NCBI GenBank assembly: GCA_963790805.1
Contig: CAWBPL010000002.1
Span: forward strand, 1,020,860 to 1,084,859
Length of the DNA stretch: 64,000 nt
Reading direction: 5' to 3'
Source of the DNA: Candidatus Gottesmanbacteria bacterium
GTDB lineage: Bacteria > Patescibacteriota > Microgenomatia > UBA10105 > UBA927
Positions 1 through 10,668 of the stretch are shown here, one piece after another. A program made the position numbers and the translations under genes. Below the pieces are notes generated by a model. The model was not told the origin of the DNA and did not search any database. It saw only the letters and a list, made by a program, of their open reading frames with translations. Each line of letters starts with the position of its first letter. Position 1 is the stretch's first letter.

Positions 1-358
<358 letters not shown>

Positions 359-2383
359 TTATCTGCCGACGAATTTAACCACAAAGGGTGCGATAAGAAG
401 CGCCACAATTTGGATGATCTTCATCATCGGATTGAGGGCTGGTCCTGCGGTATCCTTTAGGGGATCGCCGACCGTATCTCCGACGACTGCGGCTTTATGC
501 GTATCGCTGCCTTTTCCGCCGAATGCACCGTCTTCAATATATTTTTTCGCATTATCCCACGCTCCTCCGGATGTGCACATGAAAAGCGCCAAACCCAGGC
601 CTGATGCGACAATACCGCCCAAGAATCCACCCAAACTTTCTGCGCCCAAAAGGCTGACCAGAATCGGTGACCCTACGACGATGATGGCTGGGACGACGAG
701 TTCCCGTTGTGCTGCCGCCGTGACGATTTCCACTGCTTTGGAATAATCAGGAAGCGTTTTACCTTCCATGATACCTTTAATCGTTCTGAATTGCCGGCGG
801 ACTTCCTCAACTACCTCAAATGCCGCCCGCCCGACCGACCCGATGAGTCGTGAACTGAATAAGTACGGGAGTGCCGCTCCGATCAATACACCAACAAACA
901 CTTTCGGATTGGCAATGTTGACGGATTTAAGTCCTGTCACTTCAAAATATGTCGCAAATAACGAACAGGCCGCTACTGCTGCCGATCCGACCGCAAAGCC
1001 TTTTGTCAGTGCCTTTGTCGTATTTCCGACGGCATCAAGACTGTTTGTGACTTCAACGGCTTTCCCTTTGAGCCCTGCCATTTCAACCATTCCTTGGGCG
1101 TTGTCGGCAATTGGGCCGAAGGTATCCAAAGACATAATGATACCGGTGGTAGCCAGCATACCCATGCCCGCTAACGAAATTCCATAAAATCCAAGGAACG
1201 CGTAGCCGACATATACTGTAACCGCCACGATGATAACATTGAAAAATGTTGACTCCATGCCGACCGAAATACCGCTTATAAGGTTAGTTCCTGCACCGGT
1301 TTTGGATGCGGTTGCTATACTGACAACAGGTTTTTCTCCCGGTCCTGTATAGTATTTTGTGACAAACAGAAGCACAAGCATGGACATGATACCTGCGACG
1401 GCAGCATATCCTGCTCTTGGTTCGTTTAAGAGATATACGGCAAGACCCATGAAAATAATGATTGCCGATACAGCGGACACAACAAATCCGCGGATAAGCG
1501 GATTAATCGGGTTTTCCTTATCGTTTTTCGCCTTGACAAAAAACGTTCCGAGAATTGATGTGATAATTGCCGCGGCTCTGGCAAGCAGCGGAAACACGAC
1601 GCCCTTCAGTCCGAACATAGCTCCACCTAAAATCATGGATGCAACAACAGTTACTTCATACGATTCAAAGACGTCAGCTGCCATGCCGGCACAGTCTCCG
1701 ACATTGTCCCCGACGTTGTCCGCGATCGTTGCGGGATTTCGAGGGTCATCTTCAGGGATGCCAACTTCGACTTTTCCCACGAGATCCGCGCCAACATCAG
1801 CTGCTTTCGTAAAAATTCCGCCGCCTACCCGCATGAAGAGTGTTAACAAAGCTGCTCCAAAGCCGTATCCTACTAATACGCCTGTGGCGTGTTGTGCCAC
1901 AGCCGCCGGTCCCTGTGAAATGAAACTAAAATAGCTCCACATGTAAATGAGTGATACGCCCATAAGTCCTACACCAACAACCAGCATACCGTTCACCGTT
2001 CCTGCTCCGAATGCGACACGAAGCGCCGGATTAAGTCCTTTTTGCGCATTGTTTGCAGTTCTGACATTTGCCCGTACGGCAATCCACATACCAAAATAAC
2101 CGATAAGAGCGCTTCCTATGGCACCTAAAAGAAAAGTTGTTCCCGTCCCCACTCCCAAGGTGAGGCTGATAACGATGGCAAGAACAATCATGATGGGGAT
2201 AACAAGTTTAAATTGACGTGCCAGATATGCCATTGCACCTTCACGCACTGCTTTGGCAATTGCCTGTAATTTCGGACTTCCTTCTTCTTCTTTGAGAACC
2301 TGTCGCGTGAGAATATAACCGTAAACGAGCGCAAGGATTGCGGTGAGTGGTGCGACAAAAAGTGCGACGAGTTGTATATCCAT
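359..2383 (-). CDS. hppA: Membrane-integral H+-translocating pyrophosphatase
   Basis: 674-aa polytopic ORF with M-PPase signatures (GGGIFTKAADVGADLVGKVE, DNVGDNVGDCAGMAADVFESY, DTVGDPLKDTAGPALN). The GNTTKA motif has Lys at the position associated with K+-independent enzymes. Confidence 0.95.
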   Translation of the reverse strand: MDIQLVALFVAPLTAILALVYGYILTRQVLKEEEGSPKLQAIAKAVREGAMAYLARQFKLVIPIMIVLAIVISLTLGVGTGTTFLLGAIGSALIGYFGMWIAVRANVRTANNAQKGLNPALRVAFGAGTVNGMLVVGVGLMGVSLIYMWSYFSFISQGPAAVAQHATGVLVGYGFGAALLTLFMRVGGGIFTKAADVGADLVGKVEVGIPEDDPRNPATIADNVGDNVGDCAGMAADVFESYEVTVVASMILGGAMFGLKGVVFPLLARAAAIITSILGTFFVKAKNDKENPINPLIRGFVVSAVSAIIIFMGLAVYLLNEPRAGYAAVAGIMSMLVLLFVTKYYTGPGEKPVVSIATASKTGAGTNLISGISVGMESTFFNVIIVAVTVYVGYAFLGFYGISLAGMGMLATTGIIMSLDTFGPIADNAQGMVEMAGLKGKAVEVTNSLDAVGNTTKALTKGFAVGSAAVAACSLFATYFEVTGLKSVNIANPKVFVGVLIGAALPYLFSSRLIGSVGRAAFEVVEEVRRQFRTIKGIMEGKTLPDYSKAVEIVTAAAQRELVVPAIIVVGSPILVSLLGAESLGGFLGGIVASGLGLALFMCTSGGAWDNAKKYIEDGAFGGKGSDTHKAAVVGDTVGDPLKDTAGPALNPMMKIIQIVALLIAPFVVKFVGR

Positions 2384-2416
2384 AGAATGAGTCCTCCTTA
2401 CAATAAATTCTTTCTA

Positions 2417-4336
2417 TTATATATCTAAAGTGGCTGACTTTGCATGGGTCTGAATAAAGCGCTTCCTTGGAGGCACTTCATCGCCCATCAGCATACTAAA
2501 TACGCCGTCAGCCGCAACTGCATCCGCAATCATAACCTGTCTCATGACGCGGTTTTTGGGATTCATGGTTGTTTCCCATAACTGTTCTGGGTTCATTTCT
2601 CCTAACCCTTTGTATCGTTGAATATTCGGGATTCCCTTAATATCTTTTGCATTGGTTTTAAGGATAGTATCACGTTCTTCGTCGGAATATGCATAAAATA
2701 TCTGTTTGCCGACGGTTATTTTGAAAAGCGGCGGTTGAGCGATATACAGATGCCCCTTTTCTATAATATAGGGCAAATGTCGGAAAAAGAATGTAAGAAG
2801 AAGCGTCATGATGTGTTCGCCGTCAACATCCGCATCGGTCATGATGATGATCCGATGATAGCGGAGTTTTTCGGGATTCAGGCTTTCTGCGATTCCCATA
2901 CCCAGTGCAATGACCAGCGCTTTGAGCTCTTCGAACTCGACGATTTTATCCAATCGTGCCCGTTCTGTATTGAGTACTTTTCCGCGAAGCGGGAGAATTG
3001 CCTGAAACTTGCGGTCCCTTCCCTGTTTGGCGCTGCCTCCGGCTGAATCTCCTTCAACGATAAATAATTCTGATACAGACGGGTCTTTTTCCTGACAGTC
3101 GGCAAGTTTGCCCGGCAGTGACGACCCCTCCAGAGCCCCTTTTCGAATGATGGCGTCTTTGGCGGCTTTCGCAGCAAGCCGGGCTTTTGCAGCTAAATAC
3201 ACTTTCTCGAGTATCTTTCTTCCTTCTGCGGGATTTTCTTCAAAATAGGTATCGAGACCTTCTTTGACTGCTGTTTGGACGAATGGCTGAATTTCGGCAT
3301 TCCCGAGTTTCCCTTTTGTCTGGCCTTCAAATTGAAGATTTTGGGATGGCATCTTGACGTAAACGACAGCTGTCAATCCCTCACGCGTATCATCGCCGGT
3401 TATGCTGTCGTCTCCATTTTTATTTGCGCCTATTTTTTTAGCGTAGTCATTTACTGCACGGGTTAATGCCATGCGGAAGCCGGTCAAATGCGTGCCTCCC
3501 TCAACGGTATAGATGACGTTCACGTAGGATTCAACGGTTTCAGAAAATCCGTCATTATATTGTATGGTCACCTCAACCTCAGTTGATCCGTCATCAGATG
3601 TTTTTTTAATGGTAATGGGGTCATGAAGGACGATTTTATTGCGGTTTAGTGCTTTTACCAGTGAGGATATGCCGCCTTCAAAATAGTAATGCGCAACTTC
3701 GTCTGTCCTTTCGTCGACAAGATGAAATGCGAGCCGTGCAATGAGGTACGCCCGATCGCGAACCTGCTTTTTTACCATATCAAAATTGAGCGAAATGCCC
3801 TCTTTAAAAATTTCCGTATCCGGCAGAAATGTAACGATCGTGCCGGTATCCTTCGAGGTTCCGGTTTTTTTTACAGGGCCTTGCGGCACTCCCCGCTTGT
3901 GCGTTTGTTCAAATATGCCGCCATCGCGGTGGACTTCGACGTGTAAAGAACTCGAAAGTGCGTTGACCACAGATGCGCCGACGCCATGAAGACCGCCGGA
4001 AACTTTATATGCCTTGCCTTCAAATTTACCGCCGGCGTGGAGTTTGGTTAACACCAGTTGCATCGCGGGGACGTTATATTTAGGAACCTTATCAACGGGA
4101 ATTCCCCGCCCGTCATCCCGAACGGTAGCGCTATCGTCTTTGTGAATGGTTATCCAGACGTTTTTGGCAAATCCCGCTAGTGCTTCGTCGATCGAGTTAT
4201 CTATGATCTCATTTAAGCAGTGGTGAACGCCCGCCAAAGACGTCGTTCCGATATACATGGCCGGCCGTTTTCTGACCGGTTCCAGACCTTCCAATACGAC
4301 AATTTGTTCGCCTGTATAATCTGATGTTTTAGCCAT
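2417..4336 (-). CDS. gyrB: DNA gyrase subunit B
   Basis: 639 aa with a GHKL ATPase N-terminus (GLEPVRKRPAMYIGTT, HHCLNEIIDNSIDEA), a Toprim region (ELFIVEGDSAGGSAKQGRDR) and PLRGK(V)LN. Confidence 0.97.
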   Translation of the reverse strand: MAKTSDYTGEQIVVLEGLEPVRKRPAMYIGTTSLAGVHHCLNEIIDNSIDEALAGFAKNVWITIHKDDSATVRDDGRGIPVDKVPKYNVPAMQLVLTKLHAGGKFEGKAYKVSGGLHGVGASVVNALSSSLHVEVHRDGGIFEQTHKRGVPQGPVKKTGTSKDTGTIVTFLPDTEIFKEGISLNFDMVKKQVRDRAYLIARLAFHLVDERTDEVAHYYFEGGISSLVKALNRNKIVLHDPITIKKTSDDGSTEVEVTIQYNDGFSETVESYVNVIYTVEGGTHLTGFRMALTRAVNDYAKKIGANKNGDDSITGDDTREGLTAVVYVKMPSQNLQFEGQTKGKLGNAEIQPFVQTAVKEGLDTYFEENPAEGRKILEKVYLAAKARLAAKAAKDAIIRKGALEGSSLPGKLADCQEKDPSVSELFIVEGDSAGGSAKQGRDRKFQAILPLRGKVLNTERARLDKIVEFEELKALVIALGMGIAESLNPEKLRYHRIIIMTDADVDGEHIMTLLLTFFFRHLPYIIEKGHLYIAQPPLFKITVGKQIFYAYSDEERDTILKTNAKDIKGIPNIQRYKGLGEMNPEQLWETTMNPKNRVMRQVMIADAVAADGVFSMLMGDEVPPRKRFIQTHAKSATLDI

Positions 4337-4612
4337 TGCGTTTTGAAGAGCGCTTATATTTCTATCTCTTTCTAGAAAAAAAAGAAGCCTTAAAGCTCTA
4401 AAACCATTCTACACTATCGATATATAGTTGTCTAGACGGTTAAGACCATCTTTTTGGTCGATTATAAAGAGATTGATCTGACGATATAAAATGAATTCTT
4501 TGCACGATTTGCCGTTCTTTTTATGCTCTTGTCAGAATCCTGTCGCGCGAATACTACCTCGCCCGCAATTGAGCATTGAAAAACGGTTCCCACTCGTCGT
4601 AGGATACGAGTA

Positions 4613-5245
4613 ATGGATACTTCGTACGGCATATTGGTGTTGGTTCGTCACGGCGAATCGAAGTGGAACGCAAAAAACGTTTGGACAGGGTTAACCGATA
4701 TCGGATTGACACAAAAAGGCGAGGATGAGGCACGGGAAGCGGCACGAGAGCTGAAAGACATCCATTTTGATCAGGCGTTTACGTCGCTTCTTACGCGTGC
4801 TTCCGAAACACTCCGGATAATTCTTGAAACGTTGGGTATCCCTCATCTTCCCGTGACAAGCGATTCAGCGCTCAACGAACGGGATTACGGGGTCTATACC
4901 GGTAAAAATAAATTTGAAATAAAAGCCAGTTTGGGTGACGGGGAATTTTTAAAGCTTCGGCGCGGGTGGGATTATCCCATCAAAGAGGGCGAGAGCCTTA
5001 AACAGGTGTACGGACGCGTTATCCCCTACTTTGACTCTGTTATTGCGCCATTATTGCGCGAAGGGAAACATATTCTTGTTGTTGCTCATGGAAACAGCCT
5101 GCGGGCGCTGATGAAGAAACTGGATAACGTGTCGGATGAGCAGATAGCCAACGTTGAGCTTGTTACCGGAGAAATTGTCGTCTATCACATAAACTCCGAG
5201 GGCCGGGTCATTTTTCAGGAAAAACGTCGTACGGCGGGTGGATAG
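4613..5245 (+). CDS. gpmA: 2,3-bisphosphoglycerate-dependent phosphoglycerate mutase family (short form)
   Basis: LVLVRHGESKWNAKNVWTGLTD (RHGE histidine-phosphatase motif) and a C-terminal VVAHGNSLRAL. Confidence 0.8.
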   Translation: MDTSYGILVLVRHGESKWNAKNVWTGLTDIGLTQKGEDEAREAARELKDIHFDQAFTSLLTRASETLRIILETLGIPHLPVTSDSALNERDYGVYTGKNKFEIKASLGDGEFLKLRRGWDYPIKEGESLKQVYGRVIPYFDSVIAPLLREGKHILVVAHGNSLRALMKKLDNVSDEQIANVELVTGEIVVYHINSEGRVIFQEKRRTAGG

Positions 5246-5903
5246 AAAGAAATACTGTGTCAAGGACGAGTTTCGGATTGACGTTCAGTTCTAATTCCTT
5301 TTGCGCACCAAGAAGAAGCCTCAAGAGTTTGGTAAGCGTTTTGCGTTTTTCGTTTCCTTTGGCGTCCAAAGCGGCAGATGCGAGTAACTGTGTTGCGGCT
5401 TCAATCGCCTGAGCGGTCCATTCTTTTGCCTGCAGTCTGTCTTTGGCAATCGTTTCAATATATATAAGTTTTTGACCGTTGGAGCCGGCCAGCAGCTGTT
5501 TTAACGCCGTATTCATTTCCGGAATCGCCGGCGCCCTATCGCTGGAGCGGCAATTTACCAGTTCACAGCGAGATACGATTGTCGGCAGAAGCGAAGCCGT
5601 AGAGGGAGCTTCACAAAGTACGAAGACATGTTTTGGCGGCTCTTCCAATAACTTAAGAAGTGCGTTTTGTGCTTCTTGGGTTAGGCGATCGGCCCGTCTG
5701 ATTATGCCGACGCTTTGCGGTGATTGCATTGGGGCGAGGGACAGCCGTTGTTGAAAAAGTCTGACTGCGTCAATGCCGACGCGTTCCTCTTCTTCTCCAA
5801 GCATTACTTGATCGACTTGTGCAGTCTTCCATTTGGTAAGATATTCTTCGATTGTTGTTTCCCGAAGTTTAGCGGTCCCTCCAGTAATGAGATATGCATG
5901 CAT
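5208..5903 (-). CDS. holB: DNA polymerase III delta-prime-like clamp-loader subunit (short)
   Basis: HAYLITGG start, QNALLKLLEEPP and TIVSRC motifs. The likely start is the internal Met (MHAYLITGG) at 5903. It overlaps gpmA convergently by 38 nt. Confidence 0.7.
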   Translation of the reverse strand: MHAYLITGGTAKLRETTIEEYLTKWKTAQVDQVMLGEEEERVGIDAVRLFQQRLSLAPMQSPQSVGIIRRADRLTQEAQNALLKLLEEPPKHVFVLCEAPSTASLLPTIVSRCELVNCRSSDRAPAIPEMNTALKQLLAGSNGQKLIYIETIAKDRLQAKEWTAQAIEAATQLLASAALDAKGNEKRKTLTKLLRLLLGAQKELELNVNPKLVLDTVFLSIHPPYDVFPEK

Positions 5904-6005
5904 AGTAGATAATCTTGCAATATTATGAATAACCATCAATAATAGATGGTAGCGACGTTTCGTCGTTTATTGTAAATTGGTTTGAGGTAAATGTAAATTA
6001 TCGTT

Positions 6006-7727
6006 ATGCCAGGAACTGCCCAAGAGGTATTAGCCATACTCGTTGCTGATCATCACATTAGTCAGTCGGAAGCTGATCTGGTGACGACTGAATCGTTGTC
6101 GAGCGGCGAGCCTATAGATGAAATATTAAAAAAGAAACACCTCGTTGCCGATATCGATTTTGCAAAAGCGAAAGCAAAATCGTTGGGTATCCCCTTTGTG
6201 ACGTTGGAAGGACGTCCAATTTCGCCTGATGTAGTGAAATATCTGCCTGAGCCGGTTGTTCGCCGGTATACCGTTTTGCCATTTCAGTTTGACAGCCAGA
6301 CGAATGAACTTTCGGTTGCGATGGAAGACCCCTTAGATTTTCAGGTGATAGAATTTTTGGAGAAAAAAGCTGGTAAGTCTATTCGGGCGTATATGGCCCT
6401 TAAAGACGATATATTATTGGCTCTTGAGACCGCCTATACGGAAAATTTGGGTGAAGACGTAACGGCCGCCCTCAAAGAGACCGAGACCTCCGAAATAAAA
6501 ACCTATGAAGCCGGTCGTCTGGGAGAAGTTATCCGTGAAGCACCTATTGCCCAAATAGTGTCCGCAACGCTCGAGCAGGCTATGCACCTTCGTGCATCGG
6601 ATGTGCATATAGAGCCTCAAGACGGCGATACGCGAATTCGATATCGCGTTGATGGCATTTTACAGGAACGGCTGGTGCTGCCGAAACGCCTCCATGATGC
6701 AGTGGTATCGCGTATAAAAATTTTGGCGAATATGAAAATAGATGAAAAACGGATTCCGCAGGACGGGCGGTTTAATTTTAAAATGGGTGATTCTGAAGTG
6801 GATCTTCGTGTTTCAACGCTTCCGACTGTTCACGGCGAAAAAATCGTCATGCGGCTTCTTAAGAAATCAGGTGGCATTCCAACGCTTCCGGAATTAGGGC
6901 TTCGCGGATTAGCATTGAAAAATCTTGAAACGACGATAGCGAAACCGCACGGCATTATATTGGTAACTGGGCCTACGGGTTCCGGTAAAACGACCACTCT
7001 CTACGCGGTATTATCGAAACTCAACAACTCGAAGGTGAACATAATGACGCTTGAGGATCCTGTCGAGTATCAGATATCCGGCGTCAATCAGGTGCAAATA
7101 AATCCGCAGGCGGGTCTTACGTTTGCCACCGGTCTTCGGTCTTTTTTACGGCAGGACCCCAATATTATTCTGGTCGGCGAAATTCGCGATCGAGAAACGA
7201 CTGAGCTTGCAATTCAGGCAGCCCTGACAGGTCATCTCGTATTTTCGACACTGCATACTAATGATGCGGCAGGCGCAATTCCGCGGCTTCTTGATTTGGG
7301 TGCAGAACCGTTTTTGGTGACTTCAGCTCTGAACGGTGTAGTGGGTCAGCGAATAGCAAGAAGAATTTGTCCGCAGTGTAAGGAAGAATATGAGCCGGAT
7401 GAGGTGGTCGCAAAAGACATCCGATTGGTACTCGGCAGTTTAATTCCTGAGGGTAAAGCAATGAAGCTCTATCGTGGGAAGGGAACAGTCAATGATCAAC
7501 CGTGTCAAACGTGTAACGGCGCGACGTTTTGGGGACGCATCGGTATATTTGAGGTATTCCCTGTTTTGGATAGCATTGGTAAACTGGTATTAAAGAGGGC
7601 GGCGGTTAATGAAATTCAAGAGCAGGCGGTGAAGGAAGGCATGATCACCATGAAGCAAGACGGATATCTCAAAGCATTAGAAGGTGTTACTACAGTTGAG
7701 GAGGTATTGCGCGTCGCGCAAGATTAA
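6006..7727 (+). CDS. pilB: Type IV pilus assembly ATPase (PilB/GspE family)
   Basis: 573 aa with an N-terminal GSPII/MshEN-like domain, Walker A GPTGSGKTTT, Asp/His boxes, and the tetracysteine CPQC..CQTC typical of PilB. Confidence 0.9.
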   Translation: MPGTAQEVLAILVADHHISQSEADLVTTESLSSGEPIDEILKKKHLVADIDFAKAKAKSLGIPFVTLEGRPISPDVVKYLPEPVVRRYTVLPFQFDSQTNELSVAMEDPLDFQVIEFLEKKAGKSIRAYMALKDDILLALETAYTENLGEDVTAALKETETSEIKTYEAGRLGEVIREAPIAQIVSATLEQAMHLRASDVHIEPQDGDTRIRYRVDGILQERLVLPKRLHDAVVSRIKILANMKIDEKRIPQDGRFNFKMGDSEVDLRVSTLPTVHGEKIVMRLLKKSGGIPTLPELGLRGLALKNLETTIAKPHGIILVTGPTGSGKTTTLYAVLSKLNNSKVNIMTLEDPVEYQISGVNQVQINPQAGLTFATGLRSFLRQDPNIILVGEIRDRETTELAIQAALTGHLVFSTLHTNDAAGAIPRLLDLGAEPFLVTSALNGVVGQRIARRICPQCKEEYEPDEVVAKDIRLVLGSLIPEGKAMKLYRGKGTVNDQPCQTCNGATFWGRIGIFEVFPVLDSIGKLVLKRAAVNEIQEQAVKEGMITMKQDGYLKALEGVTTVEEVLRVAQD

Positions 7728-7729
7728 CT

Positions 7730-8782
7730 ATGGATATTTTTCAATTATTCTCTGAAGCAATTCGTTTAAAAGCATCTGATTTACATATCATTGCCGGTTA
7801 TCCGCCCATGTTGAGAGTTGATGGCAAGTTAGCGCCCGTCGAAGGCACGGCAGTTTTGACTCCCGAAGATACCGCGCAATATATAAATCGGATATTGACG
7901 AGCACTCAAAAAGAGCTTTTCCAAACAAATAAAGAGATTGATTTTTCTATCGGGGTGCAAGGAGGAAGATTTCGCGTCAACGTCTATAACCAGAAAAGTT
8001 CGGTCGGAGCTGACTTTCGATTAATTCCGAATGTTATTCGGTCAATAGACCAATTGGGGTTACCTCCCATTTGTCACGATTTCGCGAAACTTCGGCAGGG
8101 GTTTGTTCTTGTTACAGGGCCAACCGGTCATGGAAAATCAACGACTTTAGCCGCCATGATAAATAAAATAAACGAGACGCATGCGCATCACATTGTTACC
8201 ATCGAAGATCCGATTGAGTACATATACCCGCGAGGTCTTTCAATTATTTCCCAGAGGGAGATGCACCAAGATAGCCATTCATGGAGTGTTGCGCTTCGCA
8301 GTGTTCTTCGGGAAGATCCCGATGTTGTTCTTGTCGGTGAGATGCGGGATCTTGAGACTATTCAGGCCGCGCTGACGATTGCGGAAACCGGTCATTTGGT
8401 GTTTGCGACTCTTCATACCAATTCGGCAGCGCAAACGGTGGACAGAATTGTTGACGTGTTTCCTGAAAATCAACAGGTTCAGGTGCGACTGCAGCTGGCT
8501 GCAGTTATTGAGGGAGTATTATCGCTTCGTCTTGTTCCAGCGGCATCGGGAGGCCGCATCGTCGTTGCTGAAATTATGACAGGAACGCCGGCAATCCGAA
8601 CGACCATCCGAGACGGCAAGACACACCTCATCGATAATATTATCCAAACATCTGCTGAGCTTGGCATGATGCCTTTGGAGACCGCTCTTGCAAATGCCGT
8701 AAAGCAGGGAAAAATTAGCGTGGAAACGGCCACTTCATATGCCGTACATCCGGAAGAGTTAGGCAGAATTTTGAAACTCTAA
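7730..8782 (+). CDS. pilT: Pilus retraction ATPase PilT
   Basis: 350 aa with ASDLHI, Walker A GPTGHGKSTT, LREDPDVVLVGEMRD and GHLVFATLHTNSA. Confidence 0.9.
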   Translation: MDIFQLFSEAIRLKASDLHIIAGYPPMLRVDGKLAPVEGTAVLTPEDTAQYINRILTSTQKELFQTNKEIDFSIGVQGGRFRVNVYNQKSSVGADFRLIPNVIRSIDQLGLPPICHDFAKLRQGFVLVTGPTGHGKSTTLAAMINKINETHAHHIVTIEDPIEYIYPRGLSIISQREMHQDSHSWSVALRSVLREDPDVVLVGEMRDLETIQAALTIAETGHLVFATLHTNSAAQTVDRIVDVFPENQQVQVRLQLAAVIEGVLSLRLVPAASGGRIVVAEIMTGTPAIRTTIRDGKTHLIDNIIQTSAELGMMPLETALANAVKQGKISVETATSYAVHPEELGRILKL

Positions 8783-8792
8783 CTGATACAGT

Positions 8793-10004
8793 ATGGCGCT
8801 CTTTCAATATAAAGCACGAAATCCTGAGGGAAAAATTATTACGGGGCTCGTTGAAGCCCCAAGCGAATCGATCGCCTCCAGATTGCTTCACGATAAACAA
8901 CTGTTTGTTATTGGCGTATCCCGCTCCTCGGAACAGTTTTCATTTGCCAGTTTCAGGCAACAATTCGAGCGGATAGGATTTAATGATATAGTCAATTTTA
9001 CGCGGCAGCTTGCGACGATGATGACTGCAGGATTGTCGCTACCAGAGGCTTTAACCATTCTTCGTTCGCAAACTACAAATAAAGTATTCGCGGCGATGCT
9101 TCAGGATGTCGAACATCAGGTGGTGAGCGGTGGATCATTGGCTGATTCTCTGGCGAAGTATCCCAAAATATTTTCCAATACCTATATTGCGTTGGTTCGG
9201 GCCGGTGAGTCCTCAGGTACAATGGACCGGGTTCTTATGCGGCTTGCGGATATTCTTGAGTCTCAACGGGAATTTCGAAGCCGTGTTCAGGGAGCCATGG
9301 TATATCCAATTATTATCATTATTGCGATGGTTGCGGTTGTTTTCATTATGATGACAGTGGTTGTACCGAAGCTTACCGACCTCTACAAGGATTTTAATAT
9401 GAAATTGCCGCTTTCAACAAGGATGCTTATGGGCGTTTCGTCGTTTTTTGTCCATTGGTGGTGGCTGATGATTCTGACGATTGTCGGTGTGGTTGTCTTC
9501 TTCCAGCGCTGGCGCAAAACACCAGAAGGTGAACTGGTTGTTGACACGCTTATACTCAAAATTCCCCTTTTCGGTGATCTTCAAAAAAAGATTATGCTTG
9601 TGGAATTTACGCGTACTCTTGGTATGCTTATTGCCTCCGGCATTCATATTCTTGAGGGCTTACGAATTCTTCGTGAGTCTCTTGATAATGTCATTTTTCG
9701 TAATGCGATAACTGAAATTGCCAAAAAAGTCGAAAAAGGATTTCCTTTGGGTGACACGTTTTCGCAATATGAAGTATTCCCTCCCATTGTTTCTCAAATG
9801 ATGAAAGTCGGTGAGGAGACCGGTAAGCTTGATGATACGCTTCTTCGGTTATCCACGTATTTTGAAACAGAATCAGATCACCTTGTGAAGGGCCTCACAA
9901 CCGCCATTGAACCGCTTATTATGGTAGTTTTGGGAGTGGGTGTGGGATTTATCGTTATATCCGTTATTACTCCCATATATAACTTAACAAGTTCCTTTCA
10001 ATAA
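8793..10004 (+). CDS. pilC: Type IV pilus platform protein PilC/GspF
   Basis: 403 aa with two GspF repeats and three TM segments. It follows pilB-pilT in the usual operon order. Confidence 0.9.
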   Translation: MALFQYKARNPEGKIITGLVEAPSESIASRLLHDKQLFVIGVSRSSEQFSFASFRQQFERIGFNDIVNFTRQLATMMTAGLSLPEALTILRSQTTNKVFAAMLQDVEHQVVSGGSLADSLAKYPKIFSNTYIALVRAGESSGTMDRVLMRLADILESQREFRSRVQGAMVYPIIIIIAMVAVVFIMMTVVVPKLTDLYKDFNMKLPLSTRMLMGVSSFFVHWWWLMILTIVGVVVFFQRWRKTPEGELVVDTLILKIPLFGDLQKKIMLVEFTRTLGMLIASGIHILEGLRILRESLDNVIFRNAITEIAKKVEKGFPLGDTFSQYEVFPPIVSQMMKVGEETGKLDDTLLRLSTYFETESDHLVKGLTTAIEPLIMVVLGVGVGFIVISVITPIYNLTSSFQ

Positions 10005-10070
10005 AAGGGTCGGGGCCAGTGCTTGACAACGGTGAAGTCAAGATGATACACCATATACAGAGGTACAAAT

Positions 10071-10631
10071 ATGAAACATACTGCCCTTCTTTGGTCATCT
10101 CGTAGAGGTTTTACGCTTATCGAGCTTCTCATCGTCATTGCACTTTTGGGAGCACTTGCTGTAGGGCTTCTTGCTACGATTGATCCGTTTGAACAACTGA
10201 AAAAAGGCCGCGACACCTCGACAAGAAATACAGTATCAGAGTTTTATGATGCGACGCTTCGGTATCATTCCACGAAAGGTCAATTGCCATGGGCCACAGC
10301 ATCGCCGGCCACGTTTCAGGGAGTTCCAATATATCCGACTGCCGACGGAGGGGGTAATTTAACTGCCTATGCACAGAATCTGGTTGATACCGGTGAATTA
10401 AAAGACAAGTTTGTTGAATTGGCAGGTACGGGAAATCTGGCAAAAATTTTTGTTTCATCAACAGCTCCGGAACAGGTAGCAGTGTGTTTTATGCCTGAAT
10501 CAAAGAGTTTCCAGATGGATCCGGCCACTATATATACCCAACAAGGGTATAGCGGAGATCAGGGGGATCCCAACTGTAAATCACTGAAGAATTCCCTGAC
10601 CGGAGATAATTGTTATTTCTGTGTGCAATAA
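10071..10631 (+). CDS. Type IV pilin, candidate major subunit
   Basis: Class III signal RRGFTLIELLIVIALLG (G/F cleavage site, Glu+5) and C-terminal Cys residues (CKSL..NCYFC) able to form a D-region-like loop. It is the first pilin after pilC and has its own 66-nt upstream spacer. Confidence 0.85.
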   Translation: MKHTALLWSSRRGFTLIELLIVIALLGALAVGLLATIDPFEQLKKGRDTSTRNTVSEFYDATLRYHSTKGQLPWATASPATFQGVPIYPTADGGGNLTAYAQNLVDTGELKDKFVELAGTGNLAKIFVSSTAPEQVAVCFMPESKSFQMDPATIYTQQGYSGDQGDPNCKSLKNSLTGDNCYFCVQ

Positions 10632-10668
10632 AGCAGCTGCCTAGACATCCTTTGCGCATATCTGTTTC

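Noticed and set aside
4337-4612. Possible oriC or DnaA-box cluster in the AT-rich gap next to gyrB
   Set aside because: I found no TTATCCACA-like boxes or repeated 9-mers by eye, and dnaA/dnaN are not in the window. The gap is probably just divergent promoters.
10023-10051. Sigma-70 promoter for the major pilin (TTGACA at 10023-10028)
   Set aside because: The -35 hexamer is perfect. However, the best -10 candidates at 16-17 nt spacing (GATACA/ATACAC) are poor, which is too weak to report as a feature.
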